64,000 nucleotides of DNA from an uncultured delta proteobacterium (GTDB taxonomy: Bacteria; Desulfobacterota; Binatia; Binatales; Binataceae): the NCBI GenBank assembly GCA_963711565.1, contig CAVQEQ010000003.1, positions 96,001-160,000 on the forward strand, written 5' to 3'. The translations under genes and the position numbers were made by a program. The stretch's first letter is position 1. Each line of letters begins with the position of its first letter. This document shows positions 45,789 to 55,274 of the stretch, piece after piece. The notes under the pieces were generated by a model, which made no database searches, was not told the origin of the DNA, and saw only the letters and a list, made by a program, of their open reading frames with translations.

Positions 45789-46079
45789 TTAGCTCCTCCT
45801 TACGAGGCGCAAACTCAGTTATAGGGGTAGTTCTTAGAGGGAGGTGTTATAGCGTTGCAGAATGAAATGCTCGCGAGTGAGCGAGCGCATTGATTGATCC
45901 TTGGTCAATGCAGCTTGCAGTGCAGGCATTTTTCATTATGCACTGCCTATAAAAGGACGTGGAGCGCGCGAATTCTTCTCCAGCTGTCAAGTGAAGCCGA
46001 CTCGCAGTCAAACTTGCTGCAAGTTTTTTGAGCAGTGCAAAAGAAAAAGGCGCTCGCGAGGGCCTCGCATCATCACCAT

Positions 46080-46835
46080 CTACGGGAGGGCATTGGGCAA
46101 GAAATCGAACACGACTTCCTTGAATCGTGGATCGGTCGGCGACGTCATGTGGTCGCGTCCATCGAGCATCAGCAACTGCGCCTCCGGGATCATTTTCGCG
46201 AGCGGCTGGGGGTCTCCAATCGCGTTGTCGTTGCTTCCGACGACGATCAGCACCGGCATCCGCACTGCCGCGAGTTTGGCTGGATCGAACGGCAATCGCT
46301 CCGCGTCGATCAGCGCTGCCAGCGCCGTGAGGTCGTTGGGCATCGACTCTGCGAATCGCCGATATGCTTTTGCCACCGGACTTTTGATCGTCACAGGATC
46401 GTCGGCGCGATAGGCGTCGGCAATCGCGTCGCGATCCGCTTTGTCTTCCAGACCGTCGTCGTACGCGATTCCACCTAACACGATCGCGCGAAAGCGCTCG
46501 AGATGGGACAGCATCAGATCGATCGCGATGCTCGCGCCCATCGAGTAGCCCATCAGGATCGCGCGAGAGATCCCGAGATGGTCCATAAGTCGCGTCACGT
46601 CCGCACCCATGCTCGCGTAGCCGTAGGCGTCAGGAGCGTGCGGCTTGTCGCTGAGCCCGTGACCACGCACGTCGGGCGCAATGACGCGGTACTTCTTCGA
46701 CAGCGCCGCGATCCATCCGGTGCTGCCCCAGTTGTGCTCCGCAGTGGAAGCAAAGCCGTGCACGAGCATGACGGCCTCACCGGAACCGGCGTCATGGTAG
46801 TGAATCCTGACTCCCGCTGAATCGAAAAACGGCAT
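46080..46835 (-). CDS. alpha/beta hydrolase
   Basis: VHGF, DVRGHG.S, GYSMG, GSND, RDH. Confidence 0.9.
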   Translation of the reverse strand: MPFFDSAGVRIHYHDAGSGEAVMLVHGFASTAEHNWGSTGWIAALSKKYRVIAPDVRGHGLSDKPHAPDAYGYASMGADVTRLMDHLGISRAILMGYSMGASIAIDLMLSHLERFRAIVLGGIAYDDGLEDKADRDAIADAYRADDPVTIKSPVAKAYRRFAESMPNDLTALAALIDAERLPFDPAKLAAVRMPVLIVVGSNDNAIGDPQPLAKMIPEAQLLMLDGRDHMTSPTDPRFKEVVFDFLPNALP

Positions 46836-46839
46836 GCCG

Positions 46840-47445
46840 CTATCTCCGAGCGATTATACGCCGCAATTCGCTGACAGCCTTCAGGAAACTGTCGGCGGGT
46901 GTCGTATCCGGATCGATGAGCCGATGGAGCCGGAAGCCATCCTCCATTGCAAGCAGCGTAGCACCCGCCCAAGCCGGATCGATTCGACCCTTGCGGCCGG
47001 CGGCAGGATTGGTCACGGCAACGATCTCCGCGGTCAGAGCCCTGCGCGCACGCAGGCGTTTGGCGAGTTCGGGCCGGCGTTTTTTGGCGCGAGCAACGAA
47101 GAGGATCAACTCCATATGGAGCAGGGGCAAGCGGCCCAATGGATCCTGCCGGCTGCGCTCTGTCGCCCCCAAGGCCACGATGTAGTCCGTTGTATCGCGA
47201 TGACGCGCCAGCAGATCGCGATGGTGCTGAAGAGACCGCTCCGCATGATCTTCCAGCATCACGATAATCAGTTCGTCTTTACTGGCAAAGTTCGAATAGA
47301 AGGCGCCTCGCGAAAAGCCGGCGGCGGCGGCAATAACTTCTATGCTTGCCGCGCCGATGCCCCGCTCCTCGAAGACTCGCGCCGCTGCCTCAAACAGACG
47401 TTCTCGCGTGTCGGCGCGGGTCGGACGGGTGCGCACTCTTGACAT
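46840..47445 (-). CDS. TetR/AcrR family regulator
   Basis: TRERLFEAAARVFEERG...GFSRGAFYSNFASKDEL. Confidence 0.9.
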   Translation of the reverse strand: MSRVRTRPTRADTRERLFEAAARVFEERGIGAASIEVIAAAAGFSRGAFYSNFASKDELIIVMLEDHAERSLQHHRDLLARHRDTTDYIVALGATERSRQDPLGRLPLLHMELILFVARAKKRRPELAKRLRARRALTAEIVAVTNPAAGRKGRIDPAWAGATLLAMEDGFRLHRLIDPDTTPADSFLKAVSELRRIIARR

Positions 47446-47467
47446 CGCAGTCCAGCCTATCGCAGAA

Positions 47468-47501
47468 TTGCACCTCGATACAAGATCGTATCGAGTTGCA
47501 A
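47468..47501. promoter_or_regulatory. TetR operator-like palindrome between divergent genes
   Basis: TTGCA-C-CTCGATAC-N6-GTATCGAG-T-TGCAA. Confidence 0.75.
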
Positions 47502-47524
47502 GCTTTTTCCCCGGAGCAAGAATC

Positions 47525-48526
47525 ATGGCTCATTGGACATTCGACATGCCGGTCATGCAATTCCTGGCGGATCACAGGACATTTCTTCTTACGAAATTCT
47601 TCCTGTTCGCCACTTTTATTGGCGAAGCCGACGGCTACATCCTGGTCATCACCTTAATCTACGTCATGTTCGACAAGACGCTGGCCGTCCGCCTTTCCGT
47701 ACTGGTGTTACTGACGATGTGCCTCAATCACGTCCTGAAGATAATCATCAAGAATCCCCGTCCCTTCATCCGCGAAGGCACCTATCTCAAGAAATGGGCG
47801 GTATCAGCGGACAACGCGAAAGAACTTGCGACGGAATACTCGACACCCTCTGGTCACGCGATGGGCGGTTCGTCCTTCTACTCTTATCTCTACGCATCGG
47901 TCGAAAATCGATTCGTAAGAGTCTTAGCTGTCGTGGCGATTCTTCTCACCGGACTTTCGCGCCCCTACCTGGGTGTCCATTATCCCGGGGACGTTCTCAT
48001 TGGTTGGGTGATCGGGCTGCTCGTCGCGCTGGTGGCGATAAAGTTTGCGGACAGAATCAGCGACGGTTGGAATACGCTGTCATACGGCCGGCGCGCGGCG
48101 ATCGCTGTGGGCGCAAGCCTGATTCTCTGGCTCGCCACCATCGCCATCAACGGTTGGCGCATCGATAGCCAGCCGCGCGCATTTTTGGGTTATGCGGGAT
48201 TCCTGACGGGCATCGTCCTCGGCCGCCCCATCGAGTTAAGCGTCGTGGACTTCGATCCCCGAAGCTCCAAACCACTGGCGAAAATCCTGCGATTCGCGAT
48301 ATCCGTTGGCATGGCGCTGGTGTCGCTGATCGTTCTCGAAGTGTTATTCAGAAGAATAGCCATCGACTACTCGGTCCTGGGATATCTGTTGCAATACGTC
48401 CGCTACACGATCGCCGGAGTCGTTAGCATTTTCGTCGCACCGTTGATTTTCACAAAGCTCGGACTGGCTGAGCCGTATCCTGCGAACTCGTCCGACGCCA
48501 ATTTCCGCGTGAACCTGGCCCTCTAA
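47525..48526 (+). CDS. PAP2 family membrane phosphatase
   Basis: K-x6-RP, PSGH, SRPYLGVHYPGD. Confidence 0.9.
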   Translation: MAHWTFDMPVMQFLADHRTFLLTKFFLFATFIGEADGYILVITLIYVMFDKTLAVRLSVLVLLTMCLNHVLKIIIKNPRPFIREGTYLKKWAVSADNAKELATEYSTPSGHAMGGSSFYSYLYASVENRFVRVLAVVAILLTGLSRPYLGVHYPGDVLIGWVIGLLVALVAIKFADRISDGWNTLSYGRRAAIAVGASLILWLATIAINGWRIDSQPRAFLGYAGFLTGIVLGRPIELSVVDFDPRSSKPLAKILRFAISVGMALVSLIVLEVLFRRIAIDYSVLGYLLQYVRYTIAGVVSIFVAPLIFTKLGLAEPYPANSSDANFRVNLAL

Positions 48527-48581
48527 GAGCCGTCGGCGGCCTGCTCCTGATACCTTAATCGTTGGCCGGCGTATCTGTATA

Positions 48582-49241
48582 ATGATGCGCACGATGGCGA
48601 TTGACCTCGAAAACGCGCGCGCGCGGATGGTGGTCGAGCAGCTCGAACGCCGCGGCATCAAAGATCCGCGCGTGCTCGCCGCGATGCGCACTGTCGCGCG
48701 TCATCGCTTCCTTCCGGCCGAGCTTCACGACCACGCCTACGACGACGGCCCGCTGCCGATCGGCGACCGGCAGACTATTTCGCAGCCGTACATGGTCGCG
48801 CTGATGAGCGAGGTCGCGGAGCTTAACGGCAGCGAGAAAGTTCTCGAAGTCGGCACCGGCTCGGGCTATCAGACCGCGGTGCTCGCGCGGCTCGCGCGCG
48901 CCGTTTATTCAGTCGAGCTCAATGCTCATCTTCACGATCGCGCCCGCGTGATTCTCAACTCAATCGGTTGCGGCAACGTCCATCTTCGATGCGGTGACGG
49001 CTCCGACGGATGGCCAGAGGAGGCGCCGTTCAACGTCGTGATGGTGACGGCCGCGATGCCCGGAATCGCGCTGCCACTGCTGAATCAGTTGACGCCGCAA
49101 GGACGATTGATTGCGCCGATCGGCGAGGACGAACTCCAGACCCTGGTGCGTATCAGTCACAAGACCGGGCACTGGAACGAGGAATATTTCGGCGAGTGCC
49201 GATTCGTGAAGATGACCGGCAAGCACGGCTTCCAGGACTAG
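48582..49241 (+). CDS. pcm: protein-L-isoaspartate O-methyltransferase
   Basis: QTISQPYMVA, VLEVGTGSGYQ, GDGS.GW. Confidence 0.95.
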   Translation: MMRTMAIDLENARARMVVEQLERRGIKDPRVLAAMRTVARHRFLPAELHDHAYDDGPLPIGDRQTISQPYMVALMSEVAELNGSEKVLEVGTGSGYQTAVLARLARAVYSVELNAHLHDRARVILNSIGCGNVHLRCGDGSDGWPEEAPFNVVMVTAAMPGIALPLLNQLTPQGRLIAPIGEDELQTLVRISHKTGHWNEEYFGECRFVKMTGKHGFQD

Positions 49242-49303
49242 CGCACTGATATTTCGCGGACCCGCAGGGATGTGGTGCGGGGCGGTGACGGACGGCGGGT
49301 GAT

Positions 49304-50071
49304 GTGATCGAGTCGTGGTTTAGAAGAACGCGATGGATTTCGCGCGCGAGCGTGGCGATCGCGCTCGCGCTGTCGATAGCGCTCGCCGGATGCGGCGATA
49401 GCGTCCCGCCGTCGAGCAACCTTCCGATCGGTTCGCAACGCGCGGTCACTCACGTCGTCGCGCCGGGCGAGACCGTTTACCATATCGCGACAGAATACGG
49501 CGTCAGCGTTGGACGCCTGATGGCGGCGAACGGACTCACCGATCCGCGCGAGTTGCGCGTCGGCCAGGTGCTGACGATTCCCGGCGCCTACCGGGGCGCT
49601 TCAATCGGGACCGCGTCCAGCGGAGTGCATCCATACACCGGCGAGCGCGCGTCGCGCCAATTCCAGTGGCCGGTGCAGAATGGAGTAGTGTCGTCGGGAT
49701 TCGGAATCCGCAACGGCGCGATGCATGACGGCGTCGATATCGCCGCTCCGGTGGGCACTCCCGTGTACGCGGCCGACACAGGCGTCGTGATTTTCTCGGG
49801 CATGCTGCACGGCTACGGCAACACCGTGATCATCCGTCACGACGCTAGTTACGCGACGGTCTATGCCCACAACCAACGCAACCTTGTCAGCGAGGGCGCG
49901 CGGGTGGCGTGCGGACAGCAGATCGGCGAGATCGGGCGCTCGGGACGCACCACCGGCGCCAATCTTCACTTCGAGGTACGGCGCGATAATGTCGCGCAAA
50001 ACCCGCTCGCCTATCTGCCCGAGCCCGCAACGTCAGACGGAATCAGCTTTGCCGCGGCCGGCGGCAGCTAG
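49304..50071 (+). CDS. nlpD: LysM + M23 peptidase lipoprotein (NlpD-like)
   Basis: Lipobox LAGC, LysM, HDGVD, YAH, HFE; follows pcm. Confidence 0.85.
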   Translation: MIESWFRRTRWISRASVAIALALSIALAGCGDSVPPSSNLPIGSQRAVTHVVAPGETVYHIATEYGVSVGRLMAANGLTDPRELRVGQVLTIPGAYRGASIGTASSGVHPYTGERASRQFQWPVQNGVVSSGFGIRNGAMHDGVDIAAPVGTPVYAADTGVVIFSGMLHGYGNTVIIRHDASYATVYAHNQRNLVSEGARVACGQQIGEIGRSGRTTGANLHFEVRRDNVAQNPLAYLPEPATSDGISFAAAGGS

Positions 50072-50127
50072 TATCTTTGACCACCGCACGCGAGACTGCG
50101 CCCGATAATTGTGCGATGGAATCAAGG

Positions 50128-50649
50128 ATGATTGTCGAAGAAATCAAAAAACTGATTCGCAATGTCCCGGACTTTCCGAAGCCCGGAATAATGTTCCGCG
50201 ACTTCACGCCGCTGATCGCCGACGCGCGCGGTCTCGCCGCGGTGGTCGATCAGCTGGCCGAGCCTTATCTCGGCAAAGTCGACGCCGTGGTCGGAATCGA
50301 GTCGCGCGGCTTCATCGTCGGCGCGCCCGTGGCGTATCGGTTGGGCGTGGGCCTGGCGATCGCGCGCAAGCCCGGCAAGCTCCCGTTTCATACTTACGAT
50401 CAGGCGTACGATCTCGAGTACGGCAGCGCGACGCTGCAGATGCATCAGGACGCGCTTGCGGGCAAGGGTCGCGTGCTCCTGGTCGACGACCTGCTCGCGA
50501 CCGGCGGCACCGCGGCGGCCGCACTGCAACTGGTCCGGAAGCTCGGTGGCAACGTGATTGGATGCGCGTTCGTGGTCGAGCTCGACGCGCTCAAGGGTCG
50601 CGAGCGCCTCGCGCCAGTGAACTGCTACTCGCTGATCCACTATGATTAA
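50128..50649 (+). CDS. apt: adenine phosphoribosyltransferase
   Basis: PDFPKPGI.FRD, GIESRGF, RKPGKLP, VDDLLATGGT. Confidence 0.95.
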   Translation: MIVEEIKKLIRNVPDFPKPGIMFRDFTPLIADARGLAAVVDQLAEPYLGKVDAVVGIESRGFIVGAPVAYRLGVGLAIARKPGKLPFHTYDQAYDLEYGSATLQMHQDALAGKGRVLLVDDLLATGGTAAAALQLVRKLGGNVIGCAFVVELDALKGRERLAPVNCYSLIHYD

Positions 50650-50652
50650 GCA

Positions 50653-51570
50653 ATGCAGACCTCGACGGACAACCGCGAACCACGGGCACATGCGCGGTCG
50701 GATCAGCGCCGCCTGCTAGTCGTCCTCGGCGTCACCTCGGTTTATTTCCTCACCGAACTCGCCGGCGGATACCTGACGGGCAGCCTCGCGCTGCTTTCCG
50801 ACGCGGTCCACATGCTCACCGATATCGCCGCGCTCTGCCTGGGTCTGCTGACCTTGTGGATATCGGCGCGGCCGGCATCGTCGGCAAAGTCCTACGGCTA
50901 TCTGCGCGCGGAGATACTCGGCGCGCTGCTCAACGGCCTCTTCCTGTGGGTGCTGGTGGTCTTCATCTGGATCGAAGCGTTCGAGCGATTGCGAAACCCG
51001 CACCCGGTTTCTGGCTTGGGCGTCATGGCGGTCGCGATCGTCGGCATCGGCGTGAACACCTTCTCGGCGTGGATGACCTCGACGGACGCGCAGGGCGGCC
51101 CGAGGCGAGGAATGGCGATGCGCGCGGTGTTCGTGCACGTCATTTCCGATCTCGTTGGATCGATCGGCGTGCTCGCGTCCGGCGCGGTCACCTACTTCAC
51201 GGGCTGGATGCAAGCCGATCCCGCGGTGAGTATCTTGATAGGATGCCTGGTGCTGTACGGGTCATGGGGTCTTGTGCGCGAAGGCGTGGACATCCTCATG
51301 GAATCGGTCCCGCGACACATCGACCTCAACGAGATGCGTACCGACCTGCTGGCCGTCAGCGGCACCGAGGAAGTTCACGACCTTCACGTCTGGTGTCTGA
51401 CGACCCGGCAGTTCGCGCTGTCGGCGCATGCGGTGGTCGCGGCGGACGCGGATCGCGACCGAGTGCTCGCTGACATGTGCCATCTGCTGCAGACCAAGTT
51501 TGACATCCATCACCTGACACTGCAGCTCGAGTGCGACAACCGCCGCCAACACGAGCCGGAACATTTCTGA
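50653..51570 (+). CDS. cation diffusion facilitator (CzcD/ZitB-like)
   Basis: SLALLSDAVHMLTD, HVISD, HDLHVW, HLTLQLE. Confidence 0.9.
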   Translation: MQTSTDNREPRAHARSDQRRLLVVLGVTSVYFLTELAGGYLTGSLALLSDAVHMLTDIAALCLGLLTLWISARPASSAKSYGYLRAEILGALLNGLFLWVLVVFIWIEAFERLRNPHPVSGLGVMAVAIVGIGVNTFSAWMTSTDAQGGPRRGMAMRAVFVHVISDLVGSIGVLASGAVTYFTGWMQADPAVSILIGCLVLYGSWGLVREGVDILMESVPRHIDLNEMRTDLLAVSGTEEVHDLHVWCLTTRQFALSAHAVVAADADRDRVLADMCHLLQTKFDIHHLTLQLECDNRRQHEPEHF

Positions 51571-51574
51571 TCGC

Positions 51575-52210
51575 ATGAACGCCGACAAGACAATTTTTTA
51601 CGACATCAACACGCAGCGCGACTTCATCCTGCCCGACGGCAAATTTCATATCGAGGGCGCCGAGAAGATCGTGCCGACGTGGAAGGCGCTTACCGATCTC
51701 GCGCGCGATCAGAAAGTGCAAATCGTATGCTCGGTCGATTGCCACGTTCCCGGCGACCCGCAGTTGAAGAGTTGGGGCGGACCGTATCCCGATCATTGCA
51801 TGGCGGGTACCCTCGGTCAGCAGAAGATCGACGAGACCAGGCCGCTCAATCCGCTGATGCTCGAAGATCGGGAATACACGCCCGACGAGATCAAGCAGAT
51901 CCTCGACCATGATGGGGAGATCGTTTTTCGCCGCCAGCAGTTCGAGAAGCTCGCCGACAGCGCCCACCTGAGCGCCATCTTGCGGCTGGTGCTGCGCCCC
52001 TACCAGGACATCGTGATGTACGGCGTGTACACGGAATCATGCGTCGAACGCGAGATCAGCGCGCTCGTCGGACTCGGCCCGAAACTCCACCTTGTGCGCG
52101 ACGCCGTCGCAGTCATCGGCGGCGAATCACCAATCTTCCACGAGAAGTTGCAGCAGGAAGGCGTCAACCTGATCTCTTTCGACGAGCTCAAGCTGCAAAT
52201 GCTCAACTGA
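51575..52210 (+). CDS. isochorismatase/nicotinamidase-like cysteine hydrolase
   Basis: DINTQRDF, D.H, PDHCMAGT.G, GVYTESCV. Confidence 0.75.
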   Translation: MNADKTIFYDINTQRDFILPDGKFHIEGAEKIVPTWKALTDLARDQKVQIVCSVDCHVPGDPQLKSWGGPYPDHCMAGTLGQQKIDETRPLNPLMLEDREYTPDEIKQILDHDGEIVFRRQQFEKLADSAHLSAILRLVLRPYQDIVMYGVYTESCVEREISALVGLGPKLHLVRDAVAVIGGESPIFHEKLQQEGVNLISFDELKLQMLN

Positions 52211-53103
52211 TGGCCACGTCTGAACCGATCGATCCGCGCGCCGACGACGAGGGCGCGCAGGAATTTTACGACGAGCCCTGGGTCACCCCGCCGTTTCAGC
52301 CGATCCGCGCGATCGGGGCTCTAATCCTGATCGCATCCGGCTTCGGGCTGTATGAATACGTGCTGGTATCGTTCTGGTCGGTGCCGTGGATGGGCATTCA
52401 CGATCGAACTCCATGGCCGGCGTTCGCGATCCTGGCCTGTGCGATTGTCGTTTCGATTTTAGGCCTGCGACTCGCGCTCGGACTTTATTCGCCGCACGCC
52501 AAGCTCGGCTTCGGCCTGTTCGCATTCCTTGCATGCATCGTCGTCGGCGCAGGCGGCGGCCGATTCGTCAGTTATGCGATGCGCGCGACGCTCAATCCGC
52601 CGTTCACGTTAAGGCTCGCCGTCGGACAACAATTCCCGAGCTTCGCGCTCACCGATCAAAATGATTCGACTCACCGCGGGCCTGCGCAGAGCGATGCGGC
52701 CGCCACGTTGATCTATATCTATCGCGGCGACTACGACCCGTTTGCTCGCTTCGAGCTCGCGGAGCTGACGGCGCACGCCGGCGAGTTTCGCCGCGCCGGC
52801 GTTGACACCGTCGCAATCAGCACCGATCAGATCGAACGATCGAAAATGCTCGCGGGATTTCTGCGCACGAAAATCCCGCTGCTGAGCGACAACAGCGAAT
52901 CGATAGTCGCGCCGCTCGGCCTCGTGCAACATCATCGCAACGGCGAGCCCGACAACGCGATACCCGCGTTTTTTGTCGTCGATCGAAATGGCGTCGTGCG
53001 ATGGATCTTCACGTCGCCTTACTACCGCGAGTTGCCGCGGCCGGACACTCTCCTCGACGCCGCGAAATCGGTCACGGTATCGCCGACAGCATCGCCGCAG
53101 TAG
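52210..53103 (+). CDS. 3-TM protein fused to Cys-less AhpC/TSA redoxin domain
   Basis: VGQQFPSFALTDQ, YRGDYDPFA, AISTD, PLLSD, PAFFVVDRNGVVRW. Confidence 0.8.
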   Translation: MATSEPIDPRADDEGAQEFYDEPWVTPPFQPIRAIGALILIASGFGLYEYVLVSFWSVPWMGIHDRTPWPAFAILACAIVVSILGLRLALGLYSPHAKLGFGLFAFLACIVVGAGGGRFVSYAMRATLNPPFTLRLAVGQQFPSFALTDQNDSTHRGPAQSDAAATLIYIYRGDYDPFARFELAELTAHAGEFRRAGVDTVAISTDQIERSKMLAGFLRTKIPLLSDNSESIVAPLGLVQHHRNGEPDNAIPAFFVVDRNGVVRWIFTSPYYRELPRPDTLLDAAKSVTVSPTASPQ

Positions 53104-53716
53104 CAATCGCGGGCGAGTCCGCGGCGAATATCGCGCCGATCGATGCAACTCCAGCTGGCCGTGTCGATGCCAGCAGTTCGCGCGCGCGATCGGGTGTGAT
53201 GCCGCCGAGTGCGAAGACCGGAATCGCGCCTGCGACGCACGCCGCCTTGAGGCCGCTCGCACCCCACGCGGGCCTGGAGGCCGGCTTGGACAGCGGATCG
53301 AAGACCGGACCGAAGACCGCGAAGTCGGCGCCCTCGCGCGCGGCGCCGGCAACGTCGGGTGGCGAGTGACTCGACACCCCGACAAGCCGATCCGGACCGA
53401 GCAGTTTGCGCGCCATGCTGACGCCGATCGAATCGAACGGCAGATGAACACCGTCGGCGTTTGCTGCGATTGCCACGTCAACGCGATCGTTCACGATCAG
53501 CGGCGCACCGGCGCGCGTGCAAATCTCGCGAAGGCAGAGCGCCAGCTGGTAGAGCTCGCGCGCGGGCAAATCCTTTTCGCGGAGTTGCAACGCGACCGCT
53601 CCGGGCGGCGCGGCCGACAGCGCGGCCTCGCACGCGGAGACGAGGTCGCCGCCCTTTACGACGTGGCGATCTGTGATGAGATAAAGCCGAAAGCTGACGC
53701 GCGCACGCGGCGACAA
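53072..53716 (-). CDS. thiE: thiamine phosphate synthase family (ThiE/TenI)
   Basis: LYLITD, QLREK, VNDRVD, DGVHL, GPVF, ALGGI. Confidence 0.8.
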   Translation of the reverse strand: MSPRARVSFRLYLITDRHVVKGGDLVSACEAALSAAPPGAVALQLREKDLPARELYQLALCLREICTRAGAPLIVNDRVDVAIAANADGVHLPFDSIGVSMARKLLGPDRLVGVSSHSPPDVAGAAREGADFAVFGPVFDPLSKPASRPAWGASGLKAACVAGAIPVFALGGITPDRARELLASTRPAGVASIGAIFAADSPAIATAAMLSAIP

Positions 53717-53723
53717 GGCGCGC

Positions 53724-54500
53724 CTACCCTATCAGGCCGGTCAGCGGGCTCGACGCGGTCGCGTAGAGCTTGCGCTCGATTCGGCCAGCGCAATACGCGA
53801 GGCGGCCGGCCTCGACGGCAAGCTTCATCGCACGCGCCATTGCAAGAGGATCTTTTGCACCCGCGATCGCGGTGTTCATCAGCACGCCGTCGCATCCGAG
53901 TTCCATCGCCACCGCCGCGTCGGACGCCGTGCCGACGCCCGCATCGACAATCACCGGTACCTTCGCCTGTTCGATAATAATCGCGAGGTTGAATGGATTG
54001 CGGATTCCCAGGCCGGAACCAATCGGCGCCGCCAGCGGCATCACGGCCACGCATCCGATCTCCTGGAGCCGCAGGCAAGTAACGGGATCGTCGGTGACAT
54101 AGGGCATCACCTTGAATCCTTCCTTGACCAGCACGCGCGCCGCTTCGAGCGTCGCGGCAACGTCGGGAAACAGCGTCTGGTTGTCGCCGATCACCTCGAG
54201 CTTCACGAGATCGCCGACGCCGACCTCGCGGGCGAGGCGGCAGGTGCGAATCGCCTCTTCGGCGGTGAAGCATCCAGCGGTGTTGGGCAGAATCTGGTAG
54301 CGCTTTGGATCCAGATAGTCGAGCAAATTTTCCTTGCCTCGATCGGTGATGTTTACGCGGCGCACCGCGACCGTCACGATCTCGGCGCCGCTCTCTTCGA
54401 CTGCGGCTTTGGTCTCGGCGAAATCGCGATACTTGCCGGTGCCGACAATCAGCCGCGACTTGAATTTTTTCCCGCCAAGCTCAAATGGCATGTCTTCCAT
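53724..54500 (-). CDS. thiG: thiazole synthase
   Basis: [39 protein letters not shown]. Confidence 0.95.
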   Translation of the reverse strand: MEDMPFELGGKKFKSRLIVGTGKYRDFAETKAAVEESGAEIVTVAVRRVNITDRGKENLLDYLDPKRYQILPNTAGCFTAEEAIRTCRLAREVGVGDLVKLEVIGDNQTLFPDVAATLEAARVLVKEGFKVMPYVTDDPVTCLRLQEIGCVAVMPLAAPIGSGLGIRNPFNLAIIIEQAKVPVIVDAGVGTASDAAVAMELGCDGVLMNTAIAGAKDPLAMARAMKLAVEAGRLAYCAGRIERKLYATASSPLTGLIG

Positions 54501-54506
54501 AATTAC

Positions 54507-54725
54507 CTATCCGCCGCCGACGAAGTTGATTATCTCGACGTGATCGCCCGCGCGCACGATGGTCACGTCGTAGTTGGCCTTGGGCACGATTTCGCGGTTG
54601 ATCTCGACCGCGACCCGGCCGCGGCGCATGTTGAGACGTTCGAGCAGCTCCGCCAGTGGAGTGTCGGAGTGGAGCGGGTAGCGATCGCCGTTGAGGATGA
54701 TTGAAGTTGCAGTGGAGTCCAGCAT
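54507..54725 (-). CDS. thiS: sulfur carrier protein
   Basis: VAVEINREIVP, C-terminal FVGGG. Confidence 0.95.
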   Translation of the reverse strand: MLDSTATSIILNGDRYPLHSDTPLAELLERLNMRRGRVAVEINREIVPKANYDVTIVRAGDHVEIINFVGGG

Positions 54726-54785
54726 TAGTGAGCCGCTTCTCCGGTGAGGGAAGCGGCCCAGGCGCAGCCCGAACGCTGCGCCGAT

Positions 54786-54869
54786 GGCTTCCCTACGCCG
54801 GCATGACCCGGATCAGGTTCGAGGGGTTCTCCCGCAGGAGCTCTCAGTGCGTCAAGCACACCCCCAGCC
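54786..54869 (-). ncRNA. TPP riboswitch
   Basis: Minus strand GGGGTG...CTGAGA...ACCC..GAACCTGATCCGGGTCATGCCGGCGTAGGGAAG upstream of thiS. Confidence 0.95.
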
Positions 54870-54987
54870 GGTTTTCACTATACGACTATGGGCGAGGGGT
54901 GTCAAAAATAGACGAGTCGGCAGGTGGACGCGCGGACAAGTGTGGTGTACAAATATGCACAACCTGTACTAGCTTGAAAGAACCCAG

Positions 54988-55257
54988 ATGAAGAGGAAAT
55001 TCGATTTCAGCAAGGCCAGGCGGGGGCCTGTTGTCCCTCCTGCGCCGGGAAAGACTGAAGTAACGATTCGGCTCGACAACGATGTAATCGAGCATTTCCA
55101 GAACATTGTCGATCGGGCGGGCGGCGGAAACTACCAGACGATGATCAATGCGGCGCTGCGCGAATATATCCAGGGCGCGCGGCTGGAGGCGGTCGTACGT
55201 CGCGCGGTTCGTAAGGAGGTCGAGGCGGTCAAGGAGGCTCTGGCGAAAACGGGCTGA
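54988..55257 (+). CDS. BrnA-family antitoxin (orphan)
   Basis: FDFSKARRG, K..VTIRLD.DV...F, YQTMINAALREY. Confidence 0.85.
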   Translation: MKRKFDFSKARRGPVVPPAPGKTEVTIRLDNDVIEHFQNIVDRAGGGNYQTMINAALREYIQGARLEAVVRRAVRKEVEAVKEALAKTG

Positions 55258-55274
55258 AAGCCGGGGAGACAGCT

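Noticed and set aside
45427-45789. Cys-rich 120-aa ORF with AAGGAGGAG upstream
   Set aside because: Overlaps the permease out of frame, and its ATG lies inside the sigma54 -24 box, so it would not be transcribed from that promoter.
45790-46070. Riboswitch before the APC permease
   Set aside because: No c-di-AMP, glycine, lysine or guanidine consensus recognised; DNA-level sites explain it better.
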